A stretch of 64,000 bases of DNA, taken from contig CAVTCZ010000002.1 of NCBI GenBank assembly GCA_963733395.1, positions 18,981-82,980 of the forward strand, in the 5' to 3' direction. This document shows, one piece after another, positions 39,974 through 49,610 of the stretch (its first letter is position 1; every line of letters starts with the position of its first letter). The notes beneath the pieces were generated by a model. That model worked only from the letters and a program-made list of their open reading frames with translations, searched no databases and had not been told where the DNA came from. The stretch comes from an uncultured Actinomycetota bacterium (lineage in GTDB: Bacteria; Actinomycetota; Actinomycetes; S36-B12; UBA10799). The position numbers and the translations under genes are program-made.

Positions 39974-40915
39974 CTAGCCGCAGGTCCAGTCCGGCACCGG
40001 CAGCGGCTCGCCGTCGAGGAACGCCGAAATCACGTCGGCGCTGTGCTCTGGGTCTTGGAACAGCACCGAATGCCCCGCGGCAGGGACAGTCAACCCGCGG
40101 GCGCCGGGCAGCAGGTCCCGGAGCGCGCGACTGTTGGCCGGCGGTGTGATGACGTCGCGGGAGCCGACCATGACCAGCACGGGGGTCGCCACTGCACGCA
40201 ATTGCTCGGCGTTACTGTCCGAGCGCAGCCACGGGTCCTCCGCAGCGACCATCGCGTCGTACGTGGCCGCGGGCACCCGCGGCACCGGGTATCGCCCGGA
40301 GTCCACGGCGGCTTCCAGCCGATCCAGGAATGCACTTCCGGCCGCGCGGGCGCAGGCCGTCGGCGGGTAGTTCGTGCGCAGGTACGTGCGGTCTCCCGCC
40401 TCGGGGTCGCTGTCGGCGCGCTGCACCCAGCGGGGTCCGAGTCGTGCACGCCGGCCACCCGGGTTGGTGCCGACGAGCACGGCGCGGTTGATCCGCTGCG
40501 GGGTGCGCCGCAGCAATTCCTGGGCGATGAAACCGCCCATCGACCACCCCAGCACGTCCGCGCGGGCGACGCCGATGTCGTCGAGCAGGCCGGTGGTGGC
40601 CCTGGCCAGCCCGGCGAAGGTGCGCGGCACCGGGGCGGTCGAGTCCCCCAGCCCGGGATAGTCGAAGACGATGACCCGCCGGTCCGCGGCCAGGCCCGCG
40701 AGGAATGCCGGGTCCCACTCGCTCATCGGCGACGCGGTGCCGTTGAGCAGCAGCAGTGGCTCACCGGAACCGAGTTCCGCCCACGCGATCCCATGATCGG
40801 TCGTCCGGACGTCAAGGCGCACCTCGCCGACTCGCGGCGCGGGAGCGGCTGCCTGCGGTGCCGCACAGCCGGCCGCCAGGAGGAGCACCAACGCAACCGT
40901 CCGCACGTGGCCCAC
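39974..40915 (-). CDS. Alpha/beta hydrolase (lipoprotein)
   Basis: Lipobox ..LLLAAGCAAP.. and nucleophile elbow ..VLGWSMGGFIA.. Intact 313 aa. Confidence 0.85.
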   Translation of the reverse strand: MGHVRTVALVLLLAAGCAAPQAAAPAPRVGEVRLDVRTTDHGIAWAELGSGEPLLLLNGTASPMSEWDPAFLAGLAADRRVIVFDYPGLGDSTAPVPRTFAGLARATTGLLDDIGVARADVLGWSMGGFIAQELLRRTPQRINRAVLVGTNPGGRRARLGPRWVQRADSDPEAGDRTYLRTNYPPTACARAAGSAFLDRLEAAVDSGRYPVPRVPAATYDAMVAAEDPWLRSDSNAEQLRAVATPVLVMVGSRDVITPPANSRALRDLLPGARGLTVPAAGHSVLFQDPEHSADVISAFLDGEPLPVPDWTCG

Positions 40916-40958
40916 TGTTGCGGATGCGAGCCGGGGTTCGCGCGACGCGAGCGCCGGA

Positions 40959-42084
40959 TCAGTCGATGGAGTTGAAGAGCTCGAGCGCCTTCGGGCTGTC
41001 CCACTTGACCGCGTCCTGGCCGGCCACGTAGTAGGTGCCGTCGAGGGTGGGAACGGTGGTTGTGGTGCCGATCCCCATCGAGATCATGCCCATCGCCATC
41101 GCCAGCCGGGCGTCGTCGACGATCCCGGTGCTCTTGTCGACGGTCATGCTGTTGCCTGCCTGCGGAGGCGGCGCCGAATGCGCGCCACGGGAGCAGCCAG
41201 GTGAGCGGACTCATGGCCCGCTTCGCGACTGCGGAGATGAACTCCTGCTGCCGCTGCACCCGGCCGAGGTCGCCGCGCGGGTCGGCGTAGCGCATCCGCA
41301 CGTAGGCCAAGGACTGCTTGCCGTTCATCGTCTGGCAGCCCTTCTTGACCTTCAGGCCGCTGTTCACGTCGTTGTACCGACGGTCGGGGCACAACTTCAC
41401 GCCGCCGAGGGCGTCGGTGGTGTTGGCCACACCTGCGAAGCCGATCTCGACGTAGTTGTCGATGTGCAGTCCGGTCGCCTGCTCCACGGTGGTGACCAGC
41501 AGTTCCGGCCCGCCGTAGGCGAACGCCGAGTTGATCTTGCCTTGGCCGTAGCCGGGGATCCCCACCCAGGAGTCCCGCGGGATCGACACCAGCGTCGGGG
41601 CGCCGATCAGGGGCACATGCATGATCATGATCGTGTCGGTGCGCTGGCCCTCGGTGGATCCGGTGTGCAACCGCTTCTGGTCGGCCACGGACAACCCAAC
41701 GCGACTGTCGCTGCCCACGAGCAGGTAGTTGCGGCCCGCGGACGAGATGTCGCTGCCCGGCAGCGATGCGGTCTTCGAGACCGAGCTGGCGAACACGGCG
41801 GCCACCGCGGTGAGGTAGACGGCCATCACGGCGACGACGGTCACAACGATGCGCTTGGTGCCCCACCGGCGACGCCGCCGCCGTTTGCCGGTCGGCGGGA
41901 TCGTGCGGGGGATGGTCTGGATCGGCTGCCGTGGCGGGCTTCCCACCGGCCGCGGTGCAGCGCCGACGGGCGCACCCACGGGCTGCCGGCTTCCGGGCGC
42001 GTTGAGGCGTTGCGTCGGCTGCTCGCCTGCTTCCGGACGCATCCATGCCTCGAACTCCGGGGGCACCTCGCCACTCTTGCTCAC
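40959..42084 (-). CDS. LCP-family (LytR-CpsA-Psr) glycopolymer ligase, one +1 frameshift near 41155
   Basis: TM anchor, then ..NYLLVGSDSR..RTDTIMIMHVP..LVSIPRDSWV.., ..QSLAYVRMRY.DPRGDLGRVQRQQEF.. The tail MTVDKSTGIVDD.. lies in the adjacent frame. Confidence 0.85.
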
Positions 42085-42159
42085 TCCTACATGGTGCCCT
42101 GTGAATGGCCGTCTTGGACAGTGACCCTGCTCTCACCAGGTGTCCTACGATCGGACCTC

Positions 42160-42894
42160 ATGACGGTGAAGGTTCAGCAAGATGGCCTAACGACGGTGGT
42201 CACGATCGACCGGCCCGTGGTACGCAACGCGGTGGATCGGGCCACCGCAGAGGCTCTCGCGGAGGCGTTCCGGGCTTTCGAAGCCGATCCGGTGGCGAAG
42301 GTCGCGGTGCTCACGGGGGCGGGCGGCACCTTCTGCGCGGGTGCCGACCTGCACGCCATCGCCCGCGGGGAACCGAACCGGCTGGAGGCCGACGGCGACG
42401 CCCCGATGGGCCCTTCTCGGATGGTCCTCTCGAAGCCGGTGATCGCCGCCGTGGCCGGGTACGCCGTGGCCGGCGGCCTGGAACTGGCGTGTTGGGCGGA
42501 TCTGCGGGTCGTGGAAGCCGACGCGATCCTGGGGGTGTTCTGCCGTCGGGTCGGGGTACCGCTGATCGACGGCGGCACGGTTCGGTTGCCGCGGATCGTG
42601 GGTTTGGGCCGGGCACTGGACCTCATCCTCACCGGCCGCGAGGTCGGGGCCGAGGAGGCGCTGCGGATCGGCCTGGCCGACCGGGTGGTGGCTCCGGGCC
42701 AGTCCCTTGCGGCCGCCCTGCTGCTGGCCGAGCAGATCGCCGGGTTCCCCTCGGCCGCGATGCTCAGCGACCGGGCAAGTGTCTACCGCGGGCTGGACCT
42801 GCCGCTCGCCGATGCGCTGGCCGCCGAGTTCGCCGGCGGCTTGCCGGCTCTGTCCGAAGGCGCTGCAGGTGCCCGCCGCTTCGCGCGGGGCTGA
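42160..42894 (+). CDS. Enoyl-CoA hydratase/isomerase (crotonase) family
   Basis: ..VVTIDRPVVRNAV.., ..VLTGAGGTFCAGADL.., ..PVIAAVAGYAVAGGLELACWADLRV.. Confidence 0.9.
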   Translation: MTVKVQQDGLTTVVTIDRPVVRNAVDRATAEALAEAFRAFEADPVAKVAVLTGAGGTFCAGADLHAIARGEPNRLEADGDAPMGPSRMVLSKPVIAAVAGYAVAGGLELACWADLRVVEADAILGVFCRRVGVPLIDGGTVRLPRIVGLGRALDLILTGREVGAEEALRIGLADRVVAPGQSLAAALLLAEQIAGFPSAAMLSDRASVYRGLDLPLADALAAEFAGGLPALSEGAAGARRFARG

Positions 42895-42901
42895 GCCCGG
42901 C

Positions 42902-43819
42902 TCAGACCACTCGTTCGATCAGGTGCGGGAACTCCAACAACGTGAAGATCTGCAGGGCGCCCGCGGTGTCGAGGACGGCGCCCTCGTCGTACCGCCCGGC
43001 CTGTGTGAACCATCCGGCCTGGTCGCGACCGGTGTCGTGCAGCATGTCGGCATACTCGCGGATCGAGGCTGACTGGCCCAGCCGGAGCAGGGCCTTGACG
43101 TAGACGGCGTTGAAGCAGACCGCCTGCCGCCACAGCCGGGCGGGCGTGAAGTGGGCGGCGCCGGCCTCGGCGGCGTCCAGGGCCAGAACTGCGTCCCCGG
43201 CGCTGTAGGCCGCCGAGATCAACAGCCCCTGGTTGTACGAGTAGATGCTGGGCTCGATGCTGCCGTCGGCGCGCACGTGGTCGCGCACCAATCCGTCGGA
43301 GTCGCGCAGGGACGCGAGGAAGTCCAGGCTTTCGCGCACATCGCCGCCGAGTTCGGCGTGCAGCAGGGCCCCGGCCCCGGTGGAGCAGGCGTTGAGGGTG
43401 TCGCCGTCCTCCACCCACCGGATTGCGCCGCTGGTTTCGTCGAGACCGGTCTGCACGAACTCGTCGATGTCCGCCGCCCGCCGCCGGGAGGCCGTGCCGC
43501 CGCTGAACGCGTGCCGTTGCAGGAACGCCAGGCCGATCCAGGCGTTGTCGTCGTAGTAGCGCTTGCCGCGACCGATCGACTCCCGGTATCCGCCCTTGGG
43601 GTCGCGGTAGCCGGCCAGGCCACGGGCCAGTCCGGGGAACCGCGCAGGACCCGACACCGAGTCGGACAACGCGTAGGCGTGCATGACCTGGGAGAAGGGC
43701 CAGCAGGTCACCGCCACCGGAGAACCCGGTTCGTGCACCCACGTCACCCGCCCGCCACCGGCCAGACTGCGCCGCAGGGTGGAGCGGGTGTCCTCGTACC
43801 GGTTCACGCGTGGGTGCAT
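42902..43819 (-). CDS. Glycoside hydrolase family 76-like protein
   Basis: ..GKRYYDDNAWIGLAFLQ.., ..NACSTGAGALL.., ..SYNQGLLISAA.. Intact 305 aa. Confidence 0.7.
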   Translation of the reverse strand: MHPRVNRYEDTRSTLRRSLAGGGRVTWVHEPGSPVAVTCWPFSQVMHAYALSDSVSGPARFPGLARGLAGYRDPKGGYRESIGRGKRYYDDNAWIGLAFLQRHAFSGGTASRRRAADIDEFVQTGLDETSGAIRWVEDGDTLNACSTGAGALLHAELGGDVRESLDFLASLRDSDGLVRDHVRADGSIEPSIYSYNQGLLISAAYSAGDAVLALDAAEAGAAHFTPARLWRQAVCFNAVYVKALLRLGQSASIREYADMLHDTGRDQAGWFTQAGRYDEGAVLDTAGALQIFTLLEFPHLIERVV

Positions 43820-44108
43820 TGCCCCGCATTATTCAACCGCCGTGCCCGCCCGTGCGCGCCGGTTGTCCGCGTTGTTACTCCGATGGCGTCATCACAGTCG
43901 GGCGGCGGGACCGCCGCAGCGAGCAGTCGCGCCCAGATGTGAGTGCGGTATGTCCGTTTCGAGGTGTTTCTGGCCCCTTGATCTCGTCATGATTGGGCGC
44001 TGCCGGGTCCGCGGTCGGAGGCCGCGCCCGTCCACCCCTGTGGATGGACGGCGGCGCTGTCGGCACCCTGGGGCACGATGGGGACACCCACCAGGAAGGT
44101 TCGCCCGG

Positions 44109-44870
44109 ATGCTCGAGACCCTCAGCAAACTGCTCAACCAGGCCGAGAACGCCGCCACCGACGCCGAGGCGGAGGCGTTCTTCGCCAAAGCGCAGGAGCT
44201 CGCGACGCTGCACGCCATCTCGCTGGCGGAGGCCCGGGCCCACACGTCCAAGTCACAGCGCCGGGAGCAGCCGACCCACGAACAGATCCGGATCGGGCTG
44301 CCACGCCAACACGTGAACAGCCACCTGTGCCTGCTGTCCGTGGCCATCGGGGAGGCCAACAGCCTGCGCACGAACCTCGCATCCAACAACACCTACGTCA
44401 TCTGGTTCGGCCTGCCCAGCGACATCGAGGCCGCCACCATGCTGCTGCACTCGGTGGCCCATCAGATGGTGCGTTGCGCCGATGCGTTCGTGCGCGGCCG
44501 AACCTGGGTCAGCGAGCGCGACCATGAGAACGGTGGCACCCCGATGACCGCCCAGAAGGCCCGCAAGAGCTACTACTCCACCTACGTGCGGGTCATCGGG
44601 GAACGGCTGATGCGGGCACGCAAAGAGGCTGAGACCCAGTACGACCTCGCCGCTGACGAGGTCGGCGGGGCGGCGCTGGTGCTGCGCGGCAAGGAGGTGG
44701 AGGTGCGCGACTACTACACCCAGACGTCGACCGCCCGCGGGTCCTGGCGGGGAAGCCGGGCCAGTTTCTCGTCCTCGCAGGCGGTCCGGCGGGCCCGAGC
44801 TGACGCGGAGAAGGCCCGCCTCGAGCCCGCCCGGGAGATCGGGGGCAGCCCGCCGGCGGTGGCCTCGTGA
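44109..44870 (+). CDS. DUF2786 domain-containing protein
   Basis: N-terminal ..LSKLLNQAENAATDAEAEAFFAKAQELATLHAISL.. is typical of DUF2786. Confidence 0.7.
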   Translation: MLETLSKLLNQAENAATDAEAEAFFAKAQELATLHAISLAEARAHTSKSQRREQPTHEQIRIGLPRQHVNSHLCLLSVAIGEANSLRTNLASNNTYVIWFGLPSDIEAATMLLHSVAHQMVRCADAFVRGRTWVSERDHENGGTPMTAQKARKSYYSTYVRVIGERLMRARKEAETQYDLAADEVGGAALVLRGKEVEVRDYYTQTSTARGSWRGSRASFSSSQAVRRARADAEKARLEPAREIGGSPPAVAS

Positions 44871-45313
44871 CCGATACCCGCCGGGTCTACGCGGCCGAGA
44901 ATGCGTTGCTGTTCATGCTCGATCACGGTGGCACGGCGACTTTCATGGGCAGTTCCTTGACGCTGCCCGTGGAGCGCCGCTTCGGCGACGTGGACGGGGT
45001 GCGCCGCTACCTCGAGGAGGTCCGTCGGCGGCCGTGGGGCCACCCGCAGGTTCCGCAACCCGCCGTGCGGGTGCGCAAAGGACACACGAAGGCCCACTGG
45101 GAGGCGGGGGTGATCGCCCTGCCCGACGGGATCGGCGAGAAGGGCTGGGCCATGCGGGAGGTGGTGGTGCTGCACGAGTACGCCCATCACGTGGCCTGGT
45201 TCGCCCGGGGAGTGACCGGGCACGGTTCCGGTTTCCAGCAGGTGTACCTCGACCTTCTCGAGCACGCCATCGGTCCGGAAGCCGCGTTCGTGGTCCGCGC
45301 CGGTCTGGGCTGA
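44867..45313 (+). CDS. Putative zinc metallohydrolase (TIGR04338-like)
   Basis: HExxH motif (VVLHEYAHHV). The GTG overlaps the DUF2786 stop (GTGA). Confidence 0.65.
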   Translation: MTDTRRVYAAENALLFMLDHGGTATFMGSSLTLPVERRFGDVDGVRRYLEEVRRRPWGHPQVPQPAVRVRKGHTKAHWEAGVIALPDGIGEKGWAMREVVVLHEYAHHVAWFARGVTGHGSGFQQVYLDLLEHAIGPEAAFVVRAGLG

Positions 45314-45564
45314 CTAGCGTCGCGCGTCTGACGTTGGTTCACGGGTGGCGCCGCGGTCGGTGGTCTGGTCCGGGGCCTGTGGCAGGGGACCGGGTCGGTG
45401 GCGGACTCCTCGGGCCGGCACGGGGCGGTTTGTCACCGACGTTGCGGGCTGCCGGGCGGTTCGACCCGCGCACCTTCGTGACAAACCAGCCGGACCGGCG
45501 CGCAACGTCGTCACAAAGACCGCCCGCGGCGCCAGCTGCGTCACGGCAACAGCGACGCACGACA

Positions 45565-46596
45565 CTAGCTGACGGGATGGTCGGCGCGGGACTGCTCGGC
45601 CGGCAGGGGAAGTGCGATCACGAACGTGCAGCCGTCCCCGGTGTTCGCGACCCGCAGGCTGCCGCCGTGGGCGGCCACCACCCGCTGACTGATGGTCAGA
45701 CCGAGCCCTGCTCCCGCGTCGCCGGGAGTACGCGCGGACGTGCCGCGCCAGCCCGCGTCGAAGACCCGGTCGAGATGCTCCTGGGGGATTCCGCCGCATT
45801 GATCGCGCACCTCGATCTCGGCGGTGTGCGGGGACTGCTGCACGGTCACGCGCACGAAGCCCTCGGGCCGGGTGTGCCGCAGCGCATTGACGATGAGGTT
45901 GTTGATGGCCCGGCCGAGTTCCTTCGGGTCGCCGGTCACGACCGCACCTCTTGTGCCCGAGCCCTCGAGGGTGATGTTCAGCCGGTGCGCCAGAGGTTGG
46001 TTGCCGGCCACGACATCGGAGGTGAGGTCGTTCAGATCGACAGCCTCGACGGCCATCTGCGAGGACGGGCTCTGCAGCCGGGACATCGTGGCGATGTCCT
46101 CGATGATCAGGCTCAAACCGTCGACCTCCCGCATCATCCGGGTGGAATAGTCGTCCGGGGCCAGGCCGTCCTCGAAGGCCTCGGTCAGGGCGCGCATGCG
46201 AGCAAGCGGTGTCCGGATGTCGTGGCTGAGCCACGCGATGAGTTCGCTGCGACGCTCTTCGATGACACGATCACGTTCCCGGGCTGCGATCTGCTCGGCC
46301 GCTTCGGCCTGCATGGCTGCCACCCGGGCTCCCGCGACTGCGCCGAGAATGAGCGCGACCGGGGTGGCCACGGCCAGCACGACGCCGATGACCAACACCT
46401 GCTGGGGCTCCAGCAGCATGGTCAGGCTGGCTGCGGCCACTCCCGCCGCGATGCTGGTGACCGGGACCAGCGGTGCCAGCCGGATCGCCCAGGGCACCGA
46501 GCGCCGGGTGGTCGCGAACAGTCCCGCCAGGGTCAGGGCGCCGACCACCACGACACATCCGATGGAGATCAGCAGAGCTTCCAGATTCTGGTTCAT
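45565..46596 (-). CDS. Sensor histidine kinase
   Basis: Two TM segments, ..IAWLSHDIRTPLARM.., ..INNLIVNALRHT.., ..GAGLGLTISQRVV.. ATG at 46596; frame checked (1032 nt). Confidence 0.9.
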   Translation of the reverse strand: MNQNLEALLISIGCVVVVGALTLAGLFATTRRSVPWAIRLAPLVPVTSIAAGVAAASLTMLLEPQQVLVIGVVLAVATPVALILGAVAGARVAAMQAEAAEQIAARERDRVIEERRSELIAWLSHDIRTPLARMRALTEAFEDGLAPDDYSTRMMREVDGLSLIIEDIATMSRLQSPSSQMAVEAVDLNDLTSDVVAGNQPLAHRLNITLEGSGTRGAVVTGDPKELGRAINNLIVNALRHTRPEGFVRVTVQQSPHTAEIEVRDQCGGIPQEHLDRVFDAGWRGTSARTPGDAGAGLGLTISQRVVAAHGGSLRVANTGDGCTFVIALPLPAEQSRADHPVS

Positions 46597-47291
46597 GAGG
46601 GCGCCGCCGTGGCCGGGTCCCAGCGATACCCCACGCCCCACACGGTCCGCAGCCGCTGCGGGTCGGCCGGATCGGCCTCGACCTTCTCCCGCAGCCGTCG
46701 TACGTGGACGGTGACGGTGGACTTGTCCCCGTAGTTCCAGTCCCACACCTCGCGAAGCAGTTGCTCGCGGGTCAGGGCCTGTCCGGGGTGGCCCACGAGG
46801 TAGGCCAGCAGATCGAACTCGCGGGCGGTGAGTTGCAGGTCCCCGCCCGCGCGCGAGGCCCGCCGGGAGCGCAGATCCAGCTGCAGGTTGCCGTCCTGCA
46901 GGTCGTGGTCGGTCGCGGGGGGTCGGACCTGGGAGCGACGGAGCACCGACTGGATCCGCAGGACCAGTTCCCGGGGGCTGAAGGGCTTGACCACGTAGTC
47001 GTCGGCGCCGGCGGTGAGCCCGGCTATGCGATCGATCTCCTCCGACCGGGCGGTGAGCAAGATGACCGGGAGTTCGGGTGTGGTGCTGCGGATCTGGGCG
47101 CACAACTGCATACCGTCGGCGTCCGGCAGCATGACGTCGAGGACCAACAGATCGGGCCGCATCGCGGCGATGGTCGACAGGACCTCGCCTCCGGAGTGAA
47201 GGTGCCGGCCGGGCAGCGCTGCGCGGTCGAGGTACTTGAGCAGCACCTCGCCCACGGTGAGGTCGTCGTCGACCACCAGGATGCCGCTCAC
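46593..47291 (-). CDS. OmpR-family response regulator
   Basis: VSGILVVDDD.., LLVLDVMLPDADG, DYVVKPF and ..LRTVWGVGYRW. Has a 4-nt overlap with the kinase gene. Confidence 0.9.
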   Translation of the reverse strand: MSGILVVDDDLTVGEVLLKYLDRAALPGRHLHSGGEVLSTIAAMRPDLLVLDVMLPDADGMQLCAQIRSTTPELPVILLTARSEEIDRIAGLTAGADDYVVKPFSPRELVLRIQSVLRRSQVRPPATDHDLQDGNLQLDLRSRRASRAGGDLQLTAREFDLLAYLVGHPGQALTREQLLREVWDWNYGDKSTVTVHVRRLREKVEADPADPQRLRTVWGVGYRWDPATAAPS

Positions 47292-47386
47292 AGCCCAACC
47301 GTAGATCGATGCGACGATCGGTGCCCCGTCGGCGAAGTGCGCGTAAGACTTCCGTAATGGCCCCAGCCCTTCCCTCGCAGGACAGA

Positions 47387-47413
47387 TCTGGGTTCTGCTG
47401 GGAGGAACCCAGA
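47387..47413 (+). promoter_or_regulatory. Inverted repeat spanning the RBS of the thioredoxin-like gene
   Basis: TCTGGGTTC (47387-47395) / GAACCCAGA (47405-47413), a perfect 9-bp stem. GGAGGA at 47401-47406 sits partly in the loop and partly in the 3' arm. Confidence 0.4.
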
Positions 47414-47419
47414 GATCGG

Positions 47420-47935
47420 ATGGTCCCCATGCCCCGCCCACACCTCGTCGTAGGTTTCGCCGCCGCCGCGCTTGTGGCGCTGACAGCCTGTTCCGGGGGG
47501 GACGCCGCTTCCGAGCAGGCTCCCCCTTCCCAGGCCATCACCGAAGCGCCATCCGGTTCGGCCATGTCGGAGAAGGCCGAATCCGCGGAGACCGGCACCG
47601 CGGATTCAGCGATGACTGCGGCGACGAAGGGGGCGTTCATCGACTACGCGGACTACCAGGACGACCCGGCGATGTTCGCTGCGAACGACGTCGTGCTGTT
47701 CTTCAACGCCACGTGGTGCCCCACCTGTCAGGAAGCGACGAAGAACCTCGAGGCCGCGCAGTTGCCAGACGGCCTGACCGTGGTCAGCGTGGACTACGAC
47801 TCGAACACCGACCTGCGCCGCGACTACGGGGTCACGACACAGCACACGTTCGTGCAGGTGGACCCCGCCGGCGAGGAACTGGCCAAGTTCACCGGCGCCA
47901 CCACCGTGCAAGAGATCTCTGAGCAGCTCAGCTGA
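47420..47935 (+). CDS. Thioredoxin-fold lipoprotein
   Basis: Lipobox ..LVALTACSG.. and CxxC motif ..FFNATWCPTCQEA.. Confidence 0.85.
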   Translation: MVPMPRPHLVVGFAAAALVALTACSGGDAASEQAPPSQAITEAPSGSAMSEKAESAETGTADSAMTAATKGAFIDYADYQDDPAMFAANDVVLFFNATWCPTCQEATKNLEAAQLPDGLTVVSVDYDSNTDLRRDYGVTTQHTFVQVDPAGEELAKFTGATTVQEISEQLS

Positions 47936-48705
47936 TGCTGGCGCTGATCGGGGCCTTCGTGGCCGGCGTGCTGACCACGCTGGCCCCGTGTGTACTGCCC
48001 CTGCTGCCGATCATCGTAGGGGGCTCGGTCGCCGCTCAGGGCCCGCAGACGGCGACCGCCGGGGGCTCAGTCGCGGTGCGCACCCGCACCCGCAACCGGG
48101 CGCCATACGTGATTGCGGCGTCCTTGGGGGCCTCCATCGTGGCCTTCACGCTGCTGCTGAAGGTCACCACCGCGCTGATCGGGATTCCCCCCTCGGTGTG
48201 GGAATGGGTCTCTGGACTGCTCCTCATCGGCCTGGGGATCATCTCGGTGTTCCCACATATCTGGGAGCGCATCAGCGTCGCCCTGAACCTGCAGGCAAGG
48301 GCCGGAGCGAGGTTGAGTTCGGCGTCCCGCAGGGACGGGACCACCGGCCAGATCCTCACCGGCGCGGCCCTCGGGCCGGTGTTCACCTCCTGCAGCCCGC
48401 TGTACGGCTACGTGATCGTGACCGTCCTGCCCGCCGAGCCGGTCTACGGGATGGTCCTGTTGCTCGTCTACGTCGCGGGACTGTGCTCGACGCTGCTCGC
48501 GATCTCGCTACTGGGACAACGGGCCGTGCGCGGGGCCCGCTGGGCAGCGGACCCACAGGGCTGGTTCCGGCGCGGCCTCGGCATCGTCTTCATCGTCATC
48601 GGAGTGCTCGTGCTCACCGGCTGGATGAAGGACATCGAGACCTGGCTGGTCAGCAACAGTCCGCTGCGGCCCTGGACGCTCGACCAAGGATTCATCCCAC
48701 AATGA
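47935..48705 (+). CDS. ccdA: Cytochrome c biogenesis protein CcdA / DsbD-family thiol-disulfide transporter
   Basis: ..LTTLAPCVLPLLPIIVGG.. and ..GPVFTSCSPLYG.. (the two conserved Cys motifs), with 6 TM-like segments. Confidence 0.85.
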   Translation: MLALIGAFVAGVLTTLAPCVLPLLPIIVGGSVAAQGPQTATAGGSVAVRTRTRNRAPYVIAASLGASIVAFTLLLKVTTALIGIPPSVWEWVSGLLLIGLGIISVFPHIWERISVALNLQARAGARLSSASRRDGTTGQILTGAALGPVFTSCSPLYGYVIVTVLPAEPVYGMVLLLVYVAGLCSTLLAISLLGQRAVRGARWAADPQGWFRRGLGIVFIVIGVLVLTGWMKDIETWLVSNSPLRPWTLDQGFIPQ

Positions 48706-48716
48706 GAGGCATACAC

Positions 48717-48986
48717 ATGATGAGCAGGACTGTCGGACTCGCGCTGGCCGTCGCCGTGGGCGTCGGTGTCGGGGTGGCACCCGCACCCGCTGAAGCGATG
48801 TCACAGGCAAAGACCTGTGGTGAGCTGCGTCAGGACTACGCGGGCGGGGTCGCGAAATCGAAGGCCGCGGCCAATCGCGTCGTCGACCAGGGTTTCCGGC
48901 GCCCCATCGTCTGCAAGCGCCTCTACCGGCAGGTGCAGGCGAGCCTGGATCCCAACCGCAACGGGGTCGCCTGCGAACGGCGGTGA
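48717..48986 (+). CDS. Secreted Excalibur calcium-binding domain protein
   Basis: Signal peptide and a C-terminal ..DPNRNGVACE.. Alternative starts at 48702 and 48720. Confidence 0.7.
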   Translation: MMSRTVGLALAVAVGVGVGVAPAPAEAMSQAKTCGELRQDYAGGVAKSKAAANRVVDQGFRRPIVCKRLYRQVQASLDPNRNGVACERR

Positions 48987-49139
48987 GCGCCCGGCCCCAT
49001 GCCCCCGAGTCCCGCAGGCGTGGTGGGCATCGGGCGACTGGGACCCGCGGATCTTCCTGCTGGCCACGCCGCCCAGAGTGCCGACGCAGCTGCGGACCGC
49101 GGCTAAGGTAGGGCCAAAGACATCACCCCGGGAGGAATC

Positions 49140-49610
49140 GTGCGTCGCTCTGCCCTGATCGTCACGTCCGTCTGTGTCCTTGGTCTGCTGACCGCCGGAT
49201 GTTCATCCACTGACGAGGCCGAGCAGAAGACGGAGAATGCCAACGCGGCCGTCTGCTTGTCCCTGGAGGGCCTCGACGCCACCATCCAGGGGTTGCAGGA
49301 CGGGGTCACCGGCACCGGCGATGTCACGGTCGGCCAGGCGCAGGAGTCGGTGAACCAGATCGCAATCGGCCTACGACACCGTCCAGGCGGAGTTGGCAGA
49401 AACTCGGGGACGACGGTCGACAACCAGGTGGCCACGGCTCAGCAGGAGTTCGAGCAGGCGCAGATGCAGATCAAGGACGATCTCTCGGGGATGGACGGGG
49501 ACGCGAGCCTGTCGGACGCCGCCGAGCAGGAGAAGCAGGCAGTGCAGGACCTGCAGAGCAGTTACCAGGAGTTGAACTCCTCGCTGGGCTGTACCGATGC
49601 TTCTCAGTGA
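49140..49610 (+). CDS. Hypothetical lipoprotein (possible compensating indel pair at ~49366/~49408)
   Basis: Lipobox ..[10 protein letters not shown].. The GTG follows GGGAGGA. The protein is acidic and Q/A-rich except for an odd stretch, [15 protein letters not shown]. Confidence 0.6.
   Translation: MRRSALIVTSVCVLGLLTAGCSSTDEAEQKTENANAAVCLSLEGLDATIQGLQDGVTGTGDVTVGQAQESVNQIAIGLRHRPGGVGRNSGTTVDNQVATAQQEFEQAQMQIKDDLSGMDGDASLSDAAEQEKQAVQDLQSSYQELNSSLGCTDASQ

Noticed and set aside
41035-42159. N-terminal 375 aa of ORF 41035-42894
   Set aside because: This part is antisense to the LCP gene and low-complexity. Only the part from the ATG at 42160 (crotonase fold) is credible.
43820-44108. N-terminal extension of the DUF2786 ORF (43683-44108) and small ORFs in the 290-bp leader
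   Set aside because: The extension is R/P/C-rich and not coding-like. The DUF2786 homology begins at the ATG at 44109.
45565-47640. 691-aa minus-strand ORF and the 566-aa plus-strand ORF 45034-46734
   Set aside because: The first fuses the kinase (from the ATG at 46596) with an out-of-frame read of the response regulator and upstream DNA. The second is an antisense shadow.
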